Notes: generated from the sequence alone by a model not told the origin. A stretch of 64,000 nucleotides of DNA from an uncultured Acidobacteriota bacterium (GCA_963770895.1 CAVYRF010000002.1:4832001-4896000), one strand, 5' to 3'; positions 39,068 through 49,440 are shown, counted from the stretch's first letter. Made by a program: numbers and translations.

Positions 39068-40242
39068 GGAGCTCCTTCCTGCTCGACCAGGCGGCGGATC
39101 TCGTCGCCGCGCGCCAGGGCGTCGCGCTCGCCGATATCCAGCAGGTGGTTCAGGTAGTCGCGCTGAAACATCAGCATCGAGAGGAAATCGGGAGTGTCGG
39201 TTTCGCGCGTGCCCAGGCTGCGCGTGAGATACCGGAACGCCGGCGGCAGGTGCGGCTCGTAGCGCGCCGCCAGGCCCCCCAGGTCTTCGGACGGCCGCAG
39301 CACCAGGATGTCGATCGGCCGCATCCCCTGGCGCTCGGCCACCGGCAGCGCGCCGAGCAGGCGATTGAACAGCTCCAGCTGGCGGGCGTCGCGGTCGAGC
39401 ACGTCGAGGAAGATGGAGTTCATCAGGTGCGACAGGATCTGCGCCGGCGGCGGGTAGCCCGAGATCTTGTGCCGCTGCGCCTCTTCGGCGCTCTGCTCGT
39501 AGCGCGGCGAGATCGCCAGGATCCGGGTCGCGCCCAGGTGCACGGCGGCGGCCAGCGGGGCGTCCAGGCGCACGCCGCCGTCGCCGTGCCACGAATCGCC
39601 CAGGCGCACCGCCGGAAAGAACAGCGGCAGCGCCGCGCTGGCCATCACGTGGTCGAGCGTCAGCCGGGCGCGCAGGCTGAGGTGGCGCGGCCGCGTCCAG
39701 GGCTGGATGTGGGCCCCCTGCACCCAGGTGACGGTCTGGCCGGTCGAATAGTTGAGGGTGGTCAGCGCCGCCGCCTGCAGCAGCCCCTGTTCCAGGTTGC
39801 GCTCGATGCCGACGAATTCGCCGTCCACCGTGGCGACGGTGCTTTCGATCAGCTGGTGCAGCGGCAGCGCGTCGACCAGGCCGCGCACCGACGGGGTGAG
39901 CGGCGAGCCGCCGGTCGACAGGCGCGTGATCCAGCGGCTGAAGTGGCGCAGCAGCGACGCGCTGTCGACGCGGAAGACGTCGGCCGGCTCCAGCTTGTCC
40001 CACACCGCCGACAGCCCCGCCGCGGCGGCGCCCAGCGGCCCCGGATGCGCCGCCAGGTAGACGGTGTTGATGCCGCCCGCCGAAACGCCGACCAGGATGG
40101 GGACGCGCAGGCCCGGCAGCAGGCGGCCGATGCCGCGCAGCACGCCGGCCTGGTAGGCGCCGCGGGCGCCGCCGCCCGACAGCACCAGCGCCAGGTTGGG
40201 CGGCCCGCTCACCTCGCTCACCCCGCTTACCCCGCTAACCAT
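39064..40242 (-). CDS. Patatin-like phospholipase
   Basis: GGGARG oxyanion motif, GVSAG nucleophile, ASAALP, DGG. Confidence 0.92.
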   Translation of the reverse strand: MVSGVSGVSEVSGPPNLALVLSGGGARGAYQAGVLRGIGRLLPGLRVPILVGVSAGGINTVYLAAHPGPLGAAAAGLSAVWDKLEPADVFRVDSASLLRHFSRWITRLSTGGSPLTPSVRGLVDALPLHQLIESTVATVDGEFVGIERNLEQGLLQAAALTTLNYSTGQTVTWVQGAHIQPWTRPRHLSLRARLTLDHVMASAALPLFFPAVRLGDSWHGDGGVRLDAPLAAAVHLGATRILAISPRYEQSAEEAQRHKISGYPPPAQILSHLMNSIFLDVLDRDARQLELFNRLLGALPVAERQGMRPIDILVLRPSEDLGGLAARYEPHLPPAFRYLTRSLGTRETDTPDFLSMLMFQRDYLNHLLDIGERDALARGDEIRRLVEQEGAP

Positions 40243-40308
40243 TGCTCCCGGCGTGGGCGCCGCCGTGTGGGGATGCGGATATGATGCTCGCGGGGAGGTC
40301 CCGAACCG

Positions 40309-40926
40309 ATGAGATCGTTACGCATCCTGGTGGCGCTGATTGTACTCCTCGCCGCGGCCGCGGCGGCGGTCGTCTACTCGGGCGTCTACGACGTGTCGGC
40401 GGCCGCGCCCGAGGAGCCCTGGGTGGCGCGGCTCCTGGACACCGCCAAGGATCGGGCGATCGAAAAGCGCGTTGCCGAGATGCCGCCGCCGCCGCCCCTG
40501 ACCGACCCGTCGCAGGTCACCGTAGGCCAGCTCGACTTCGCCGAGATGTGCGTCACCTGCCACGGCGCCCCCGGCGTGCCCAAGTCGGAGATCGGCATGG
40601 GCCTCAACCCGGATGCGCCGGACCTCAAGGACGAAGCGCGCGGGGCGTCGCCGCAGCACCTCTTCTGGGTGATCAAGAACGGCATCAAGATGACCGGCAT
40701 GCCGGCCTTCGGCCTCACCCATTCGGACGCTGAGATCTGGTCCATGGTCGCCTTCCTCAAACAGCTGCCGCAGATGGACGCGGCGCAGTACGCCGCCAGC
40801 CTGAAGGCCGCCTCGCCCGCCAGCCCGCCGGCCGGGCCGGTCAGCCCGCCGGCCGGGCCGGTCAGCCCGCCGGCCGCAACGCCGCCCGCCTCGCCGCCTG
40901 CTTCGTCCGCTTCGCCGCCCGGCTGA
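40309..40926 (+). CDS. Membrane-anchored monoheme cytochrome c with Pro-rich tail
   Basis: N-terminal TM, CVTCH, GIKMTGMPAF. Confidence 0.9.
   Translation: MRSLRILVALIVLLAAAAAAVVYSGVYDVSAAAPEEPWVARLLDTAKDRAIEKRVAEMPPPPPLTDPSQVTVGQLDFAEMCVTCHGAPGVPKSEIGMGLNPDAPDLKDEARGASPQHLFWVIKNGIKMTGMPAFGLTHSDAEIWSMVAFLKQLPQMDAAQYAASLKAASPASPPAGPVSPPAGPVSPPAATPPASPPASSASPPG
40821..40876 (+). repeat. 21-nt tandem repeat (CAGCCCGCCGGCCGGGCCGGT x2.7) in the cytochrome c tail
   Basis: Read directly; encodes SPPAGPV repeats. Confidence 0.85.
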
Positions 40927-41194
40927 GCCGGTTCCGCGGCCGGCAACCCCCCCGCCGTATCGCGCGCCTGGCGGCGGTGCCGATGCCGGGTGCGGGCCGG
41001 GCTCGGCCGCTCGACTGTTAGACGCAGTCGCGTTTGCAAATTAGCCAATCTTGAGCCACACTTATAGGGCTTCTGCCACATTTCGCGCCGTGCAGCGCTT
41101 TCCGGATGGAGCCAGCGCCAACGGCCCACGACGAGTACCTGATGGTCTGTCTGCCTCCTTGGCAGGGGGCGGATTTACGAGGGAGAAGTCAGAC

Positions 41195-44100
41195 ATGCAA
41201 CTTGGTTTTCGGCCCCTGGTCAAGCTGACAGCTCTGGCGCTCCTGGCGGGTGTGGTGATGACCGCCGCGCCGCTCGCCGCCGCGACACCCACCGCGCAGT
41301 TCACCGCGCTGCTCGATCTCGACAACAACCCCGGCACCGGCTGCACCGTGGCCACGGTCGACGGCCCGTTCAAGGGCGTCGACCAGATGCTGGTGACGAC
41401 GGTCGACCTGACCCAGACGCCGCCGGTGGTGATCTCGGTCACCCGGCAGGCCTGCAACCAGGGCACCCAGACCTTCGGCGCCGCGGTGCCGATCAATTCG
41501 CCCTACGCGCCGCCATGGCCGGTGGGCGTCCACAACGGCACCAGCGGCTCCGACGTGGTGGAAACCTACGTGCCGCTCGGCAACCTGTCGGTCGGGACGA
41601 CGATCCACTTTGGCTTCACTTCCGCCGTGGTCGGCGGCAGCCCGACGGCCGTAGACGCCGACCTGACCACCACCGGCAAGCCCGGCGGCTCGCCGATCCT
41701 GCTGTCGGCGACGCCGCTCGCCGAGGTGCCGACGCTGGGCACCATCGGCCTGCTGCTGCTCGGCCTGCTGCTCGCCTCGAGCGCCGTGTACGTGCTGGGG
41801 CGGCGCGGCGCCGGCCGCGGCACCAAGACCGTGGTGGCCGGCCTGCTGCTGCTCAGCATCGGCATGGGCGTCGCCTGGTCGGCCGGCGACCTGACGCCCA
41901 ACGGCACCACCGGCGGCTGGGCGGGCACCGGCCCGATCGCGGTCGACGTGGTGGGGGACGCGCCGGTCAACGCCGACCTGGTGGCGGAGTTCGCCGCCGT
42001 CCAGAACGACATCCTGTACATCCGCTTTGACGCCTTCATCGCCGGCCAGCCGGCGGTGATGTCCACCACGCCCATCGACGGCGCCACCGGCGTCGCCGGC
42101 AACAGCACCGTGACGGTCACCTTCAACGAACCGGTCGCCGTCACCGCCGCCACCTTCTCGCTGCAGTGCCCGACCGGCACGCCCACGGCGTTCACCCTGT
42201 CGCCCGCGGCGCCCGGCAACGCGTCCACCTACACGCTGACGCCCACCGCCACCCTGCCGCCGGGGGTGACCTGCGCCCTGACGGTGACCGGCAGCACGGT
42301 GACCGATCCCTCGGGCCTGCACATGGCGGGCGACTTCAACTCGACGTTCACCACCGACGGGCCGCCCTCGGTGACCTCGACGACGCCGGCCAACGGCGCC
42401 ACGTCGGTGGCGCTCAACAGCACGGTGACGGTCAACTTCAGCAAGGCGGTCAACGTCACCTCTTCGGCGTTCTCGCTGCAGTGCCCGACAGGCACGCCCG
42501 AAACGTTCAACGTCGCGCCGGCGCCGCCGGGCGGGGCCTCGACCTTCACCCTGACGCCCACGGCGCCGCTGCCCGCCGGCGCCACCTGCACGCTCACCGT
42601 GTCCGCGGCACAGGTGACCGACGTCGCCGCCGGCACCCACATGACGGCGGACTACACCGGCACCTTCACCGTCGACACCGCGCCGACCGTGACCGGCACC
42701 ACCCCCGCCAACGGCGCCACCACGGTGTCGCTCAGCGCGCCGCTCACCGTCACCTTCAGCAAGGCGGTCAACGTCACCGGCACGGCGTTCAAGCTGGAGT
42801 GCCCGACCGGCACCTCCGAACCGTTCACCCTGGCGCCGGCGGCGCCGGGCGGGTCGACGACCTTCACCCTGACGCCCACGGCCAACCTGCCGGCCGCCAC
42901 CACCTGCACCGTCACCGTCGTCGGCTCGCAGGTCACCGACGTGGCGGCGGGCACGCCGCTCGGCGCCAATTACGTCTTTTCGTTCACCACCGACACCGTC
43001 CCCACGGTGACCTCGACGACGCCGACCAACAACGCCACCAACCAGGCGCCGACGACGACGGTGGTGATCAACTTCAGCACCACGATGAACGTCACCGCGT
43101 CGGCGTTCAAGCTGGAGTGCCCGGTGGGCACGCCGCAAGCGTTCACCGTCGCGCCGGCGCCGCCGGGCGGAGCGACCAGCTTCACCCTGACGCCCACGGC
43201 CAGCCTGCCGACCGCGACGACCTGCACGGTCACCGTGGTCGCGTCGCAGGTCGGTGACACCGCCGCCGGCACGCCGATCGCGGCCAACTACGTCTTCACC
43301 TTCGGCGTCGGCACGCCGCCGGCGGTGACCTCGACCACCCCGGCCAGCAACGCCACCAACGTGCTGGCTTCGACGACGATCTCGATCACCTTCAGCAAGG
43401 CGGTCAACGTCACCGGCACCGCCTTCAAGCTGGAGTGCCCGTCCGGCGCGCCGCAGGCGTTCACGGTGTCGCCGGCGCCGCCGGGCGGCGTCACGACGTT
43501 CACCCTGACGCCGTCGGCCAATCTGCCCGCCAGCACGACCTGCACGGTCACCGCGGTGGCGGCGCAGATCACCGATACGGTGGCGGGCCTGCACCCGGCC
43601 GCCGACTACCTGTTCAACTTCACCATCGATTCGCCGCCGACGGTGACTTCCACGACGCCGGCTTCGGGCGCCACGTCGGTGGCGCTCAACTCGACCGTCA
43701 GCTTCACCTTCAACAAGGCGGTCAACATCACCGGCTCGGCGGCGTTCACGCTGCAGTGCCCGAGCGGCACGCCGGTGGCGTTCAACGTCGCGCCGGCAGC
43801 GCCGGGCGGCGTCGCCACCTTCACCCTGACGCCCACCGCCAACATGCCGGCCGGCACGACCTGCACGGCGACGGCGGTGGCGGCGCAGATCAAGGACCTG
43901 GCCGGCACCAACCTGGCCAGCAACTACGTCTTCACCTTCACCACCGACGTCGCGCCGACGGTGACGTCGACGACGCCGGCCAGCGGCGCCAGCTCGGTGG
44001 CGCTCAACTCGACGGTGGTCTTCACCTTCAGCAAGGCGGTCACCACCACGGCGACGTCGTTCACGCTGCAGTGCCCGAGCGGCACGCCGGTGGCGTTCAC

Positions 44101-47100
44101 CACCGCGCCGGCGGCGCCCGGCAACGCCACGACGTTCACCCTGACGCCCGCGGCCAGCCTGCCTGCCGGCACCGTCTGCACGGCGACGGCGGTGGCGGCG
44201 CAGATCACCGACGCGGCCGGCACCCACCTGGCGGCCGACGACGCGATCACCTTCACCACCGACGTCGCGCCGACGGTCACTTCGACGTCGCCGGCCAACG
44301 GCGCCACCAACGTCGTGCCGAGCGCCACGGTGTCCTTCACCTTCAGCAAGGCGGTCAACATCACCGGCGCCTCGGCGTTCACGTTGCAGTGCCCGAGCGG
44401 CACGCCGGTGGCGTTCACCATCGCGCCGGCGGCGCCTGGCAACAGCACGACGTTCACCCTGACGCCGTCGGCCAACCTGCCGATCACCACCGTCTGCACG
44501 GCGACCGCCGTGGCGTCGCAGATCAGCGACGCGGTCGGCACCAACCTGGCGGCCAACGACACCATCACCTTCACCACCGCGACGCCGCCCACCGTCACCT
44601 CGACGACGCCGGCCAACGGCGCCACCGCGGTGCTGGCGACGTCGGCGCTGTCGATCACCTTCAGCCAGGCGGTCAACGTCACCGCGACGGCGTTCACCCT
44701 GCAGTGCCCGAGCGGCACGCCGGCCGCGTTCACGCTCAGCCCGGCGCCGCCCGGCGGCGTCGCCACCTACACGCTGACGCCCAGCGCCGCGCTGCCCGCC
44801 GGCACGGTGTGCACGGCGACCGCGGTGGCGTCGCAGATCACCAGCACCAGCAGCGGCGTCAACCTGCAGAGCAACTACGTCTGGAGCTTCACCGTCGACA
44901 CGCCGCCGACGGTGACCAGCACCACGCCGACCAATGGCGCCACTTCGGTCGCGGTCAGCTCGACGGTGCAGTTCGTGTTCAGCAAGGCGGTCACCACCAC
45001 CGCGTCGTCGTTCACCTTGCAGTGCCCCTCGGGCACGCCGGCCGCCTTCACCGTGGCGCCGGCGCCGCCGGGCAATGCGACGACGTTCACCCTGACGCCG
45101 TCGGCCAACCTGCCTGCCGGCACCACCTGCGTGGCGACGGCGGTGGCGGCGCAGATCGCCGACGCGGCCGGCACGCACCTGGCGGCCAACGTCACCGACA
45201 GCTTCACCACCGACGCCGCGCCGACCGTCACCTCGACGACGCCGACCAACGGCGCCACCTCGGTGGCGCTCAATTCGACGATCGTCTTCACCTTCAACAA
45301 GGCGGTCAACGTGACCGCTTCGGCCTTCACCCTGCAGTGCCCGAGCGGCACGCCGGCCGCGTTCACCCTGAGCCCGGCGCCGCCGGGCAACGCCACGACG
45401 TTTACCCTGACGCCGTCGGCCAGCCTGCCGCCTGGCACCACCTGCGTGGCGACGGCGGTGGCGTCGCAGATCACCGATTCGGTGGGCACCAACCTGGCGG
45501 CCAACGTCACCGACAGCTTCACCACCGACGTGGCGCCGACCGTCACCTCGACGACCCCGGCCAACAGCGCCACCAACGTGTCGCCGAGCACGACGGTGGT
45601 CTTCACCTTCAGCAAGGCGGTCAACATCACCGGCGGGTCGGCCTTCACCCTGCAGTGCCCGAGCGGCACGCCGGTCGCCTTCACGGTCGCGCCGGCGGCG
45701 CCTGGCAACTCGACGACGTTCACCCTGACGCCGTCGGCCAGCCTGCCGGTGACCACCACCTGCACGGCGACCGCCGTGGCGTCGCAGATCAGCGACGCTG
45801 CCGGCACCAACCTGGCGGCCAACGACACCATCACCTTCACCACCGCGACGCCGCCGACGGTGACCTCGACGACGCCGGCCAACGGCGCCACCGCGGTGCT
45901 GGGCACGTCGGCGCTGTCGATCACCTTCAGCCAGGCGGTCAACGTGACCGCCTCGGCGTTCACCCTGCAGTGTCCGACCGGCACGCCGGAAACGATCACC
46001 GTGAGCCCGGCGCCGCCGGGCGGCGTCGCCACTTTCACGCTGACGCCGACGACGGCCCTGCCTGCCGGCGTGGTGTGCACGGCGACGGCGGTGGCGTCGC
46101 AGATCACCAGCGCCAGCTCGGGCGCGAACCTGCAGAGCAACTACGTCTGGACCTTCACGGTCGATACGGCGCCGACGGTGACCAGCACCACTCCGGCCAA
46201 CGCCGCCACCACGGTGGCGCTCAATTCGACGGTGACGTACACCTTCAGCAAGGCGGTCAACGTCACCGCCTCGGCCTTCACCCTGCAGTGCCCGAGCGGC
46301 ACGCCGGTCGCGTTCACCCTGAGCCCGGCACCGCCGGGCGGCACCACGACGTTCACCCTGACGCCCAGCGCCAACCTGCCGGCCGGCACGGTTTGCACGT
46401 CCTCGGCGGTGGCGTCGCAGATCACCGACCTGGCCGGCACGCACCTGGCGGCCAACGACACGATCAGCTTCACGACCGATACGGCGCCGACGGTCAGCTC
46501 GGTCAGCCCGGCCAACGGCGCCACCGGCGTCCTGCAGTCCGCGACGCTCACCGTCAACTTCAACAAGGCGGTCAACATCACCGCCTCGTCCTTCACCTTG
46601 GCCTGTCCGACCGGCACGCCGGAAGCCTTCACGGTCAGTCCCGCACCGCCCGGCGGCGCGACCACCTTCACCCTGACGCCGTCCGCCAACCTGCCGGCGG
46701 GCGCGGTATGCACGGCGACCGTGGTGGCCAGTCAGACGACCGACACCACGGCAGGGACGCCGCTGGCCAGCAACTTCACGTGGAGCTTCACCATCGACAC
46801 GCCGCCGACGGTGTCTTCGACCGTGCCAGCCAACGGCGTCAGCAATTTCGTCGACACCAGCGCGCTGTCCGTGACCTTCAACAAGGCGGTCAACGTCACC
46901 GGCACGGCGTTCTCGGTGCAGTGTCCGACCGGAACTCCCGTCACCATCACCGTCAGCCCGACGCCGCCCGGTGGGGTCACCACGTTCACGCTGACGCCCA
47001 CCAGCAACCTGCCGCCCAACGTCAGCTGCACGGCGCAGGTGGTGGCGGCGCAGGTCGCCGACCTGGCCGGCACCAACATGGCGGCCAACTACACCTGGAC

Positions 47101-49390
47101 CTTTGCCACCGTGCCGCCGCCGCCGGTCGCCACCAACGACACCTATCCCCAGACGGTGATCGGCAACGTCAGCATCAACTCGGGGCTGATTCCGTACAGC
47201 GTCACCACCAACGACACCTCGCAGGTGGCGTTCACCATCACCGCCTACGACACCACCTCGGCCAACGGCGGCACCGTCAGCATGGTCACGTCGGGCGCCA
47301 ACATGGGGCAGTTCACCTACAACCCGCCGGCCGGCTTCACGGGGACGGACACCTTCACCTACACGATCACCAACACCGGCGGCAGCGCTACCGCGACGGT
47401 AAGCATCTCGGTCAGCGGCATCATCTGGTTCATCAACAACAACGCCAGCGCGGGCGACGGGCGCCTGGCCTCGCCGCTCAACACGCTGGCCGCCTTCCAG
47501 GCGGTCAACGACGGGGTGGGACACCACCCGGCGGCCAACGCCAACATCTTCCTGTACGACAGCGCGACCGGCTACACCGGTCCGGTGACCCTGCTCAACG
47601 GCCAGAAGCTGATCGGTCAGGACGCCACGTCGTCGCTGTCGACGATCACCGGCCTGACGCCGGGGACGGCCAGCGCGACGCTCCCCTCGACCGGCGGCGG
47701 CAGCCCGAACAAGGTTTCCATCACCTCCCCGGGCAACACCGTGACGCTCGGCTCCGGCAACACGGTGTGGGGCATGACCCTGGGCAACTCGGTCGGCACG
47801 GCGCTCACCGGCGGCAGCGTGGGCAGCCTCAAGCTGCGTGACATGACGATCAATACCACCGGCGCCGCGGTCAGCCTTGCCAACGGCGCCCTGGACGCGA
47901 TCCTCAACGCCGTCTCTTCGGGCAGCGGCACCAACGGCATCGCGCTGACCACCACTACCGGCTCGTTCGACGTCGAAGGCGGCGGCGCCTCCGACCCGAC
48001 CAACACCACCCGCGGGCGCACCACCGCCAAGAGCGGCGGCGGCACCATCACGCTGGGATCGGGCGGCACCATCCAGGACGCCACCAGCGCCGGCGTCCTG
48101 CTGTCGAGCGCCACCAACGTGACGCTGCGCAACATGGTCATTCAAAACAACGGTGGCACCGGGGTGGCGAGCGGCGGCGACGGCATCAACGCCAGCGGTT
48201 CGTCGGGCCTGACCCTGGACAACGACATGATCACCGGCCACACCGGCAACTACGGCCTGTATGCCAGCAGCCTGGCCACCCTGGCGATCCAGCACACGCA
48301 GATCTCGTCGAACGCCACCAACGCGGCAGTGGCCGGCTCCAACGTCTGGAACGTCGGCTTCGGCCAGCAGCCGCCCTGCACCGTCTGCCCCGACGGCCTG
48401 AGCGGCACCTCGACGATCGCCAACTCGATCTTCGACACGTCGTACGAGAACTCCTTCTCGATGGTCAACCACAATGCGTCCACGCTGTCGCTGACCGTCA
48501 CCAACAGCCAGTTCAGCAACGCCGCCCACAACGACGGCCTGCTGGCGCAGGCGTTCAACACGTCCAACGTCACGCTGAGCGTCACCGGTAGCAGCGTCTT
48601 CAACAACCCCGGCGGCGGCGTCGAGTACCTGGGCAACGACTCGTCGGGCGGCGGCACCTTCACCGTCACCGGCAGCACCTTCGATCAGAACGGCGGTGCG
48701 GGCGGCGCCGACATCAACGTCTTCCACCAGGGCCTGAGCAAGACGGTGACGTTCGACTTCGAGAACAACACCACCCGCCAGACGCTGGTCGCCAACAGCT
48801 CGGCATCGATCAGCGTCGTCATCGGCCCGTCGGCAAACGCCACGACCCTGCTGCAGGGCAAGGTCAACGGCAACACCGTCGGCAAGGCCTCGGTGACCGA
48901 TTCGTGCTCGGCCGACTCGTCGGGCATCGGCCTGCAGACCGACGCGCCGGGCACCATCACCGCGGAAGTCGAAAACAACGCCGTGGTGCAGTGCGACGAC
49001 GACGCCCTGCTGGTCCTGGCAACCAGCACGACCACCAGCACCATCAACCTCACCGCATCGGGCAACGACCTGGAGGTGAGCCCGACCGATCCCAATACCA
49101 ACCTGGGCCTGGAGCTGACGGCGGGCGGCAGCGACGGCTCCGACGTCATCTGCGCCAACGTCTCGGGCGACAGCAAGGAGATCGGCAACTCGGGGGTGGC
49201 GGGCATCGCCACCGAGGTGCTGGGCACCTCGGTCATCAACTTGCAGGGCTACCCCGGCCCGGCCAACAACAACGCCGCGATCGCGACGTTCCTCAACGGC
49301 ACCGCGACGACGGTGTCGCCGGCAGGATTGAACTTTGGCGGCGGCGGCACGGTGAAGGCGGCGCCTTCGCCCTGCCCGACGCCGCCCTGA
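41195..49390 (+). CDS. Giant secreted Ig-repeat / beta-helix surface protein (2731 aa)
   Basis: Signal peptide (..TAAPLAA); internal VPTL plus TM plus RR plus second hydrophobic segment; 16 SbsA/Big_5-like repeats; cadherin/Big_9-like unit (FTYNPPAGFTGTDTFTYT); WFINN..GDG..SP motif then Asn/Gly/Thr-rich beta-helix. Confidence 0.9.
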   Translation: MQLGFRPLVKLTALALLAGVVMTAAPLAAATPTAQFTALLDLDNNPGTGCTVATVDGPFKGVDQMLVTTVDLTQTPPVVISVTRQACNQGTQTFGAAVPINSPYAPPWPVGVHNGTSGSDVVETYVPLGNLSVGTTIHFGFTSAVVGGSPTAVDADLTTTGKPGGSPILLSATPLAEVPTLGTIGLLLLGLLLASSAVYVLGRRGAGRGTKTVVAGLLLLSIGMGVAWSAGDLTPNGTTGGWAGTGPIAVDVVGDAPVNADLVAEFAAVQNDILYIRFDAFIAGQPAVMSTTPIDGATGVAGNSTVTVTFNEPVAVTAATFSLQCPTGTPTAFTLSPAAPGNASTYTLTPTATLPPGVTCALTVTGSTVTDPSGLHMAGDFNSTFTTDGPPSVTSTTPANGATSVALNSTVTVNFSKAVNVTSSAFSLQCPTGTPETFNVAPAPPGGASTFTLTPTAPLPAGATCTLTVSAAQVTDVAAGTHMTADYTGTFTVDTAPTVTGTTPANGATTVSLSAPLTVTFSKAVNVTGTAFKLECPTGTSEPFTLAPAAPGGSTTFTLTPTANLPAATTCTVTVVGSQVTDVAAGTPLGANYVFSFTTDTVPTVTSTTPTNNATNQAPTTTVVINFSTTMNVTASAFKLECPVGTPQAFTVAPAPPGGATSFTLTPTASLPTATTCTVTVVASQVGDTAAGTPIAANYVFTFGVGTPPAVTSTTPASNATNVLASTTISITFSKAVNVTGTAFKLECPSGAPQAFTVSPAPPGGVTTFTLTPSANLPASTTCTVTAVAAQITDTVAGLHPAADYLFNFTIDSPPTVTSTTPASGATSVALNSTVSFTFNKAVNITGSAAFTLQCPSGTPVAFNVAPAAPGGVATFTLTPTANMPAGTTCTATAVAAQIKDLAGTNLASNYVFTFTTDVAPTVTSTTPASGASSVALNSTVVFTFSKAVTTTATSFTLQCPSGTPVAFTTAPAAPGNATTFTLTPAASLPAGTVCTATAVAAQITDAAGTHLAADDAITFTTDVAPTVTSTSPANGATNVVPSATVSFTFSKAVNITGASAFTLQCPSGTPVAFTIAPAAPGNSTTFTLTPSANLPITTVCTATAVASQISDAVGTNLAANDTITFTTATPPTVTSTTPANGATAVLATSALSITFSQAVNVTATAFTLQCPSGTPAAFTLSPAPPGGVATYTLTPSAALPAGTVCTATAVASQITSTSSGVNLQSNYVWSFTVDTPPTVTSTTPTNGATSVAVSSTVQFVFSKAVTTTASSFTLQCPSGTPAAFTVAPAPPGNATTFTLTPSANLPAGTTCVATAVAAQIADAAGTHLAANVTDSFTTDAAPTVTSTTPTNGATSVALNSTIVFTFNKAVNVTASAFTLQCPSGTPAAFTLSPAPPGNATTFTLTPSASLPPGTTCVATAVASQITDSVGTNLAANVTDSFTTDVAPTVTSTTPANSATNVSPSTTVVFTFSKAVNITGGSAFTLQCPSGTPVAFTVAPAAPGNSTTFTLTPSASLPVTTTCTATAVASQISDAAGTNLAANDTITFTTATPPTVTSTTPANGATAVLGTSALSITFSQAVNVTASAFTLQCPTGTPETITVSPAPPGGVATFTLTPTTALPAGVVCTATAVASQITSASSGANLQSNYVWTFTVDTAPTVTSTTPANAATTVALNSTVTYTFSKAVNVTASAFTLQCPSGTPVAFTLSPAPPGGTTTFTLTPSANLPAGTVCTSSAVASQITDLAGTHLAANDTISFTTDTAPTVSSVSPANGATGVLQSATLTVNFNKAVNITASSFTLACPTGTPEAFTVSPAPPGGATTFTLTPSANLPAGAVCTATVVASQTTDTTAGTPLASNFTWSFTIDTPPTVSSTVPANGVSNFVDTSALSVTFNKAVNVTGTAFSVQCPTGTPVTITVSPTPPGGVTTFTLTPTSNLPPNVSCTAQVVAAQVADLAGTNMAANYTWTFATVPPPPVATNDTYPQTVIGNVSINSGLIPYSVTTNDTSQVAFTITAYDTTSANGGTVSMVTSGANMGQFTYNPPAGFTGTDTFTYTITNTGGSATATVSISVSGIIWFINNNASAGDGRLASPLNTLAAFQAVNDGVGHHPAANANIFLYDSATGYTGPVTLLNGQKLIGQDATSSLSTITGLTPGTASATLPSTGGGSPNKVSITSPGNTVTLGSGNTVWGMTLGNSVGTALTGGSVGSLKLRDMTINTTGAAVSLANGALDAILNAVSSGSGTNGIALTTTTGSFDVEGGGASDPTNTTRGRTTAKSGGGTITLGSGGTIQDATSAGVLLSSATNVTLRNMVIQNNGGTGVASGGDGINASGSSGLTLDNDMITGHTGNYGLYASSLATLAIQHTQISSNATNAAVAGSNVWNVGFGQQPPCTVCPDGLSGTSTIANSIFDTSYENSFSMVNHNASTLSLTVTNSQFSNAAHNDGLLAQAFNTSNVTLSVTGSSVFNNPGGGVEYLGNDSSGGGTFTVTGSTFDQNGGAGGADINVFHQGLSKTVTFDFENNTTRQTLVANSSASISVVIGPSANATTLLQGKVNGNTVGKASVTDSCSADSSGIGLQTDAPGTITAEVENNAVVQCDDDALLVLATSTTTSTINLTASGNDLEVSPTDPNTNLGLELTAGGSDGSDVICANVSGDSKEIGNSGVAGIATEVLGTSVINLQGYPGPANNNAAIATFLNGTATTVSPAGLNFGGGGTVKAAPSPCPTPP
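42050..47110 (+). repeat. 16 tandem 315-321 nt repeats encoding two-Cys Ig-like domains
   Basis: First-Cys codons at 42167, 42482, 42800, 43118, 43436, 43757, 44072, 44390, 44705, 45023, 45338, 45656, 45971, 46289, 46604, 46922. Confidence 0.93.
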
Positions 49391-49400
49391 CCCTGGGGGG

Positions 49401-49440
49401 TGCGCCGGTTCCTTGCTCCCGATCGGGAGGGGCCGGCGCA
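49401..49440. other. Intergenic GC-rich hairpin without U-tract
   Basis: TGCGCCGG...CCGGCGCA arms enclosing the perfect palindrome CTCCCGATCGGGAG (49416-49429). Confidence 0.6.

Noticed and set aside
39068-40003. N-terminal extension of the 1121-aa ORF
   Set aside because: Overlaps the patatin gene in another frame; the permease begins at 39067
42050-47110. Possible CRISPR array or non-coding repeat
   Set aside because: Units are 315-321 nt, in frame and encode Ig-like domains; no short repeat/unique spacer pattern and no cas genes
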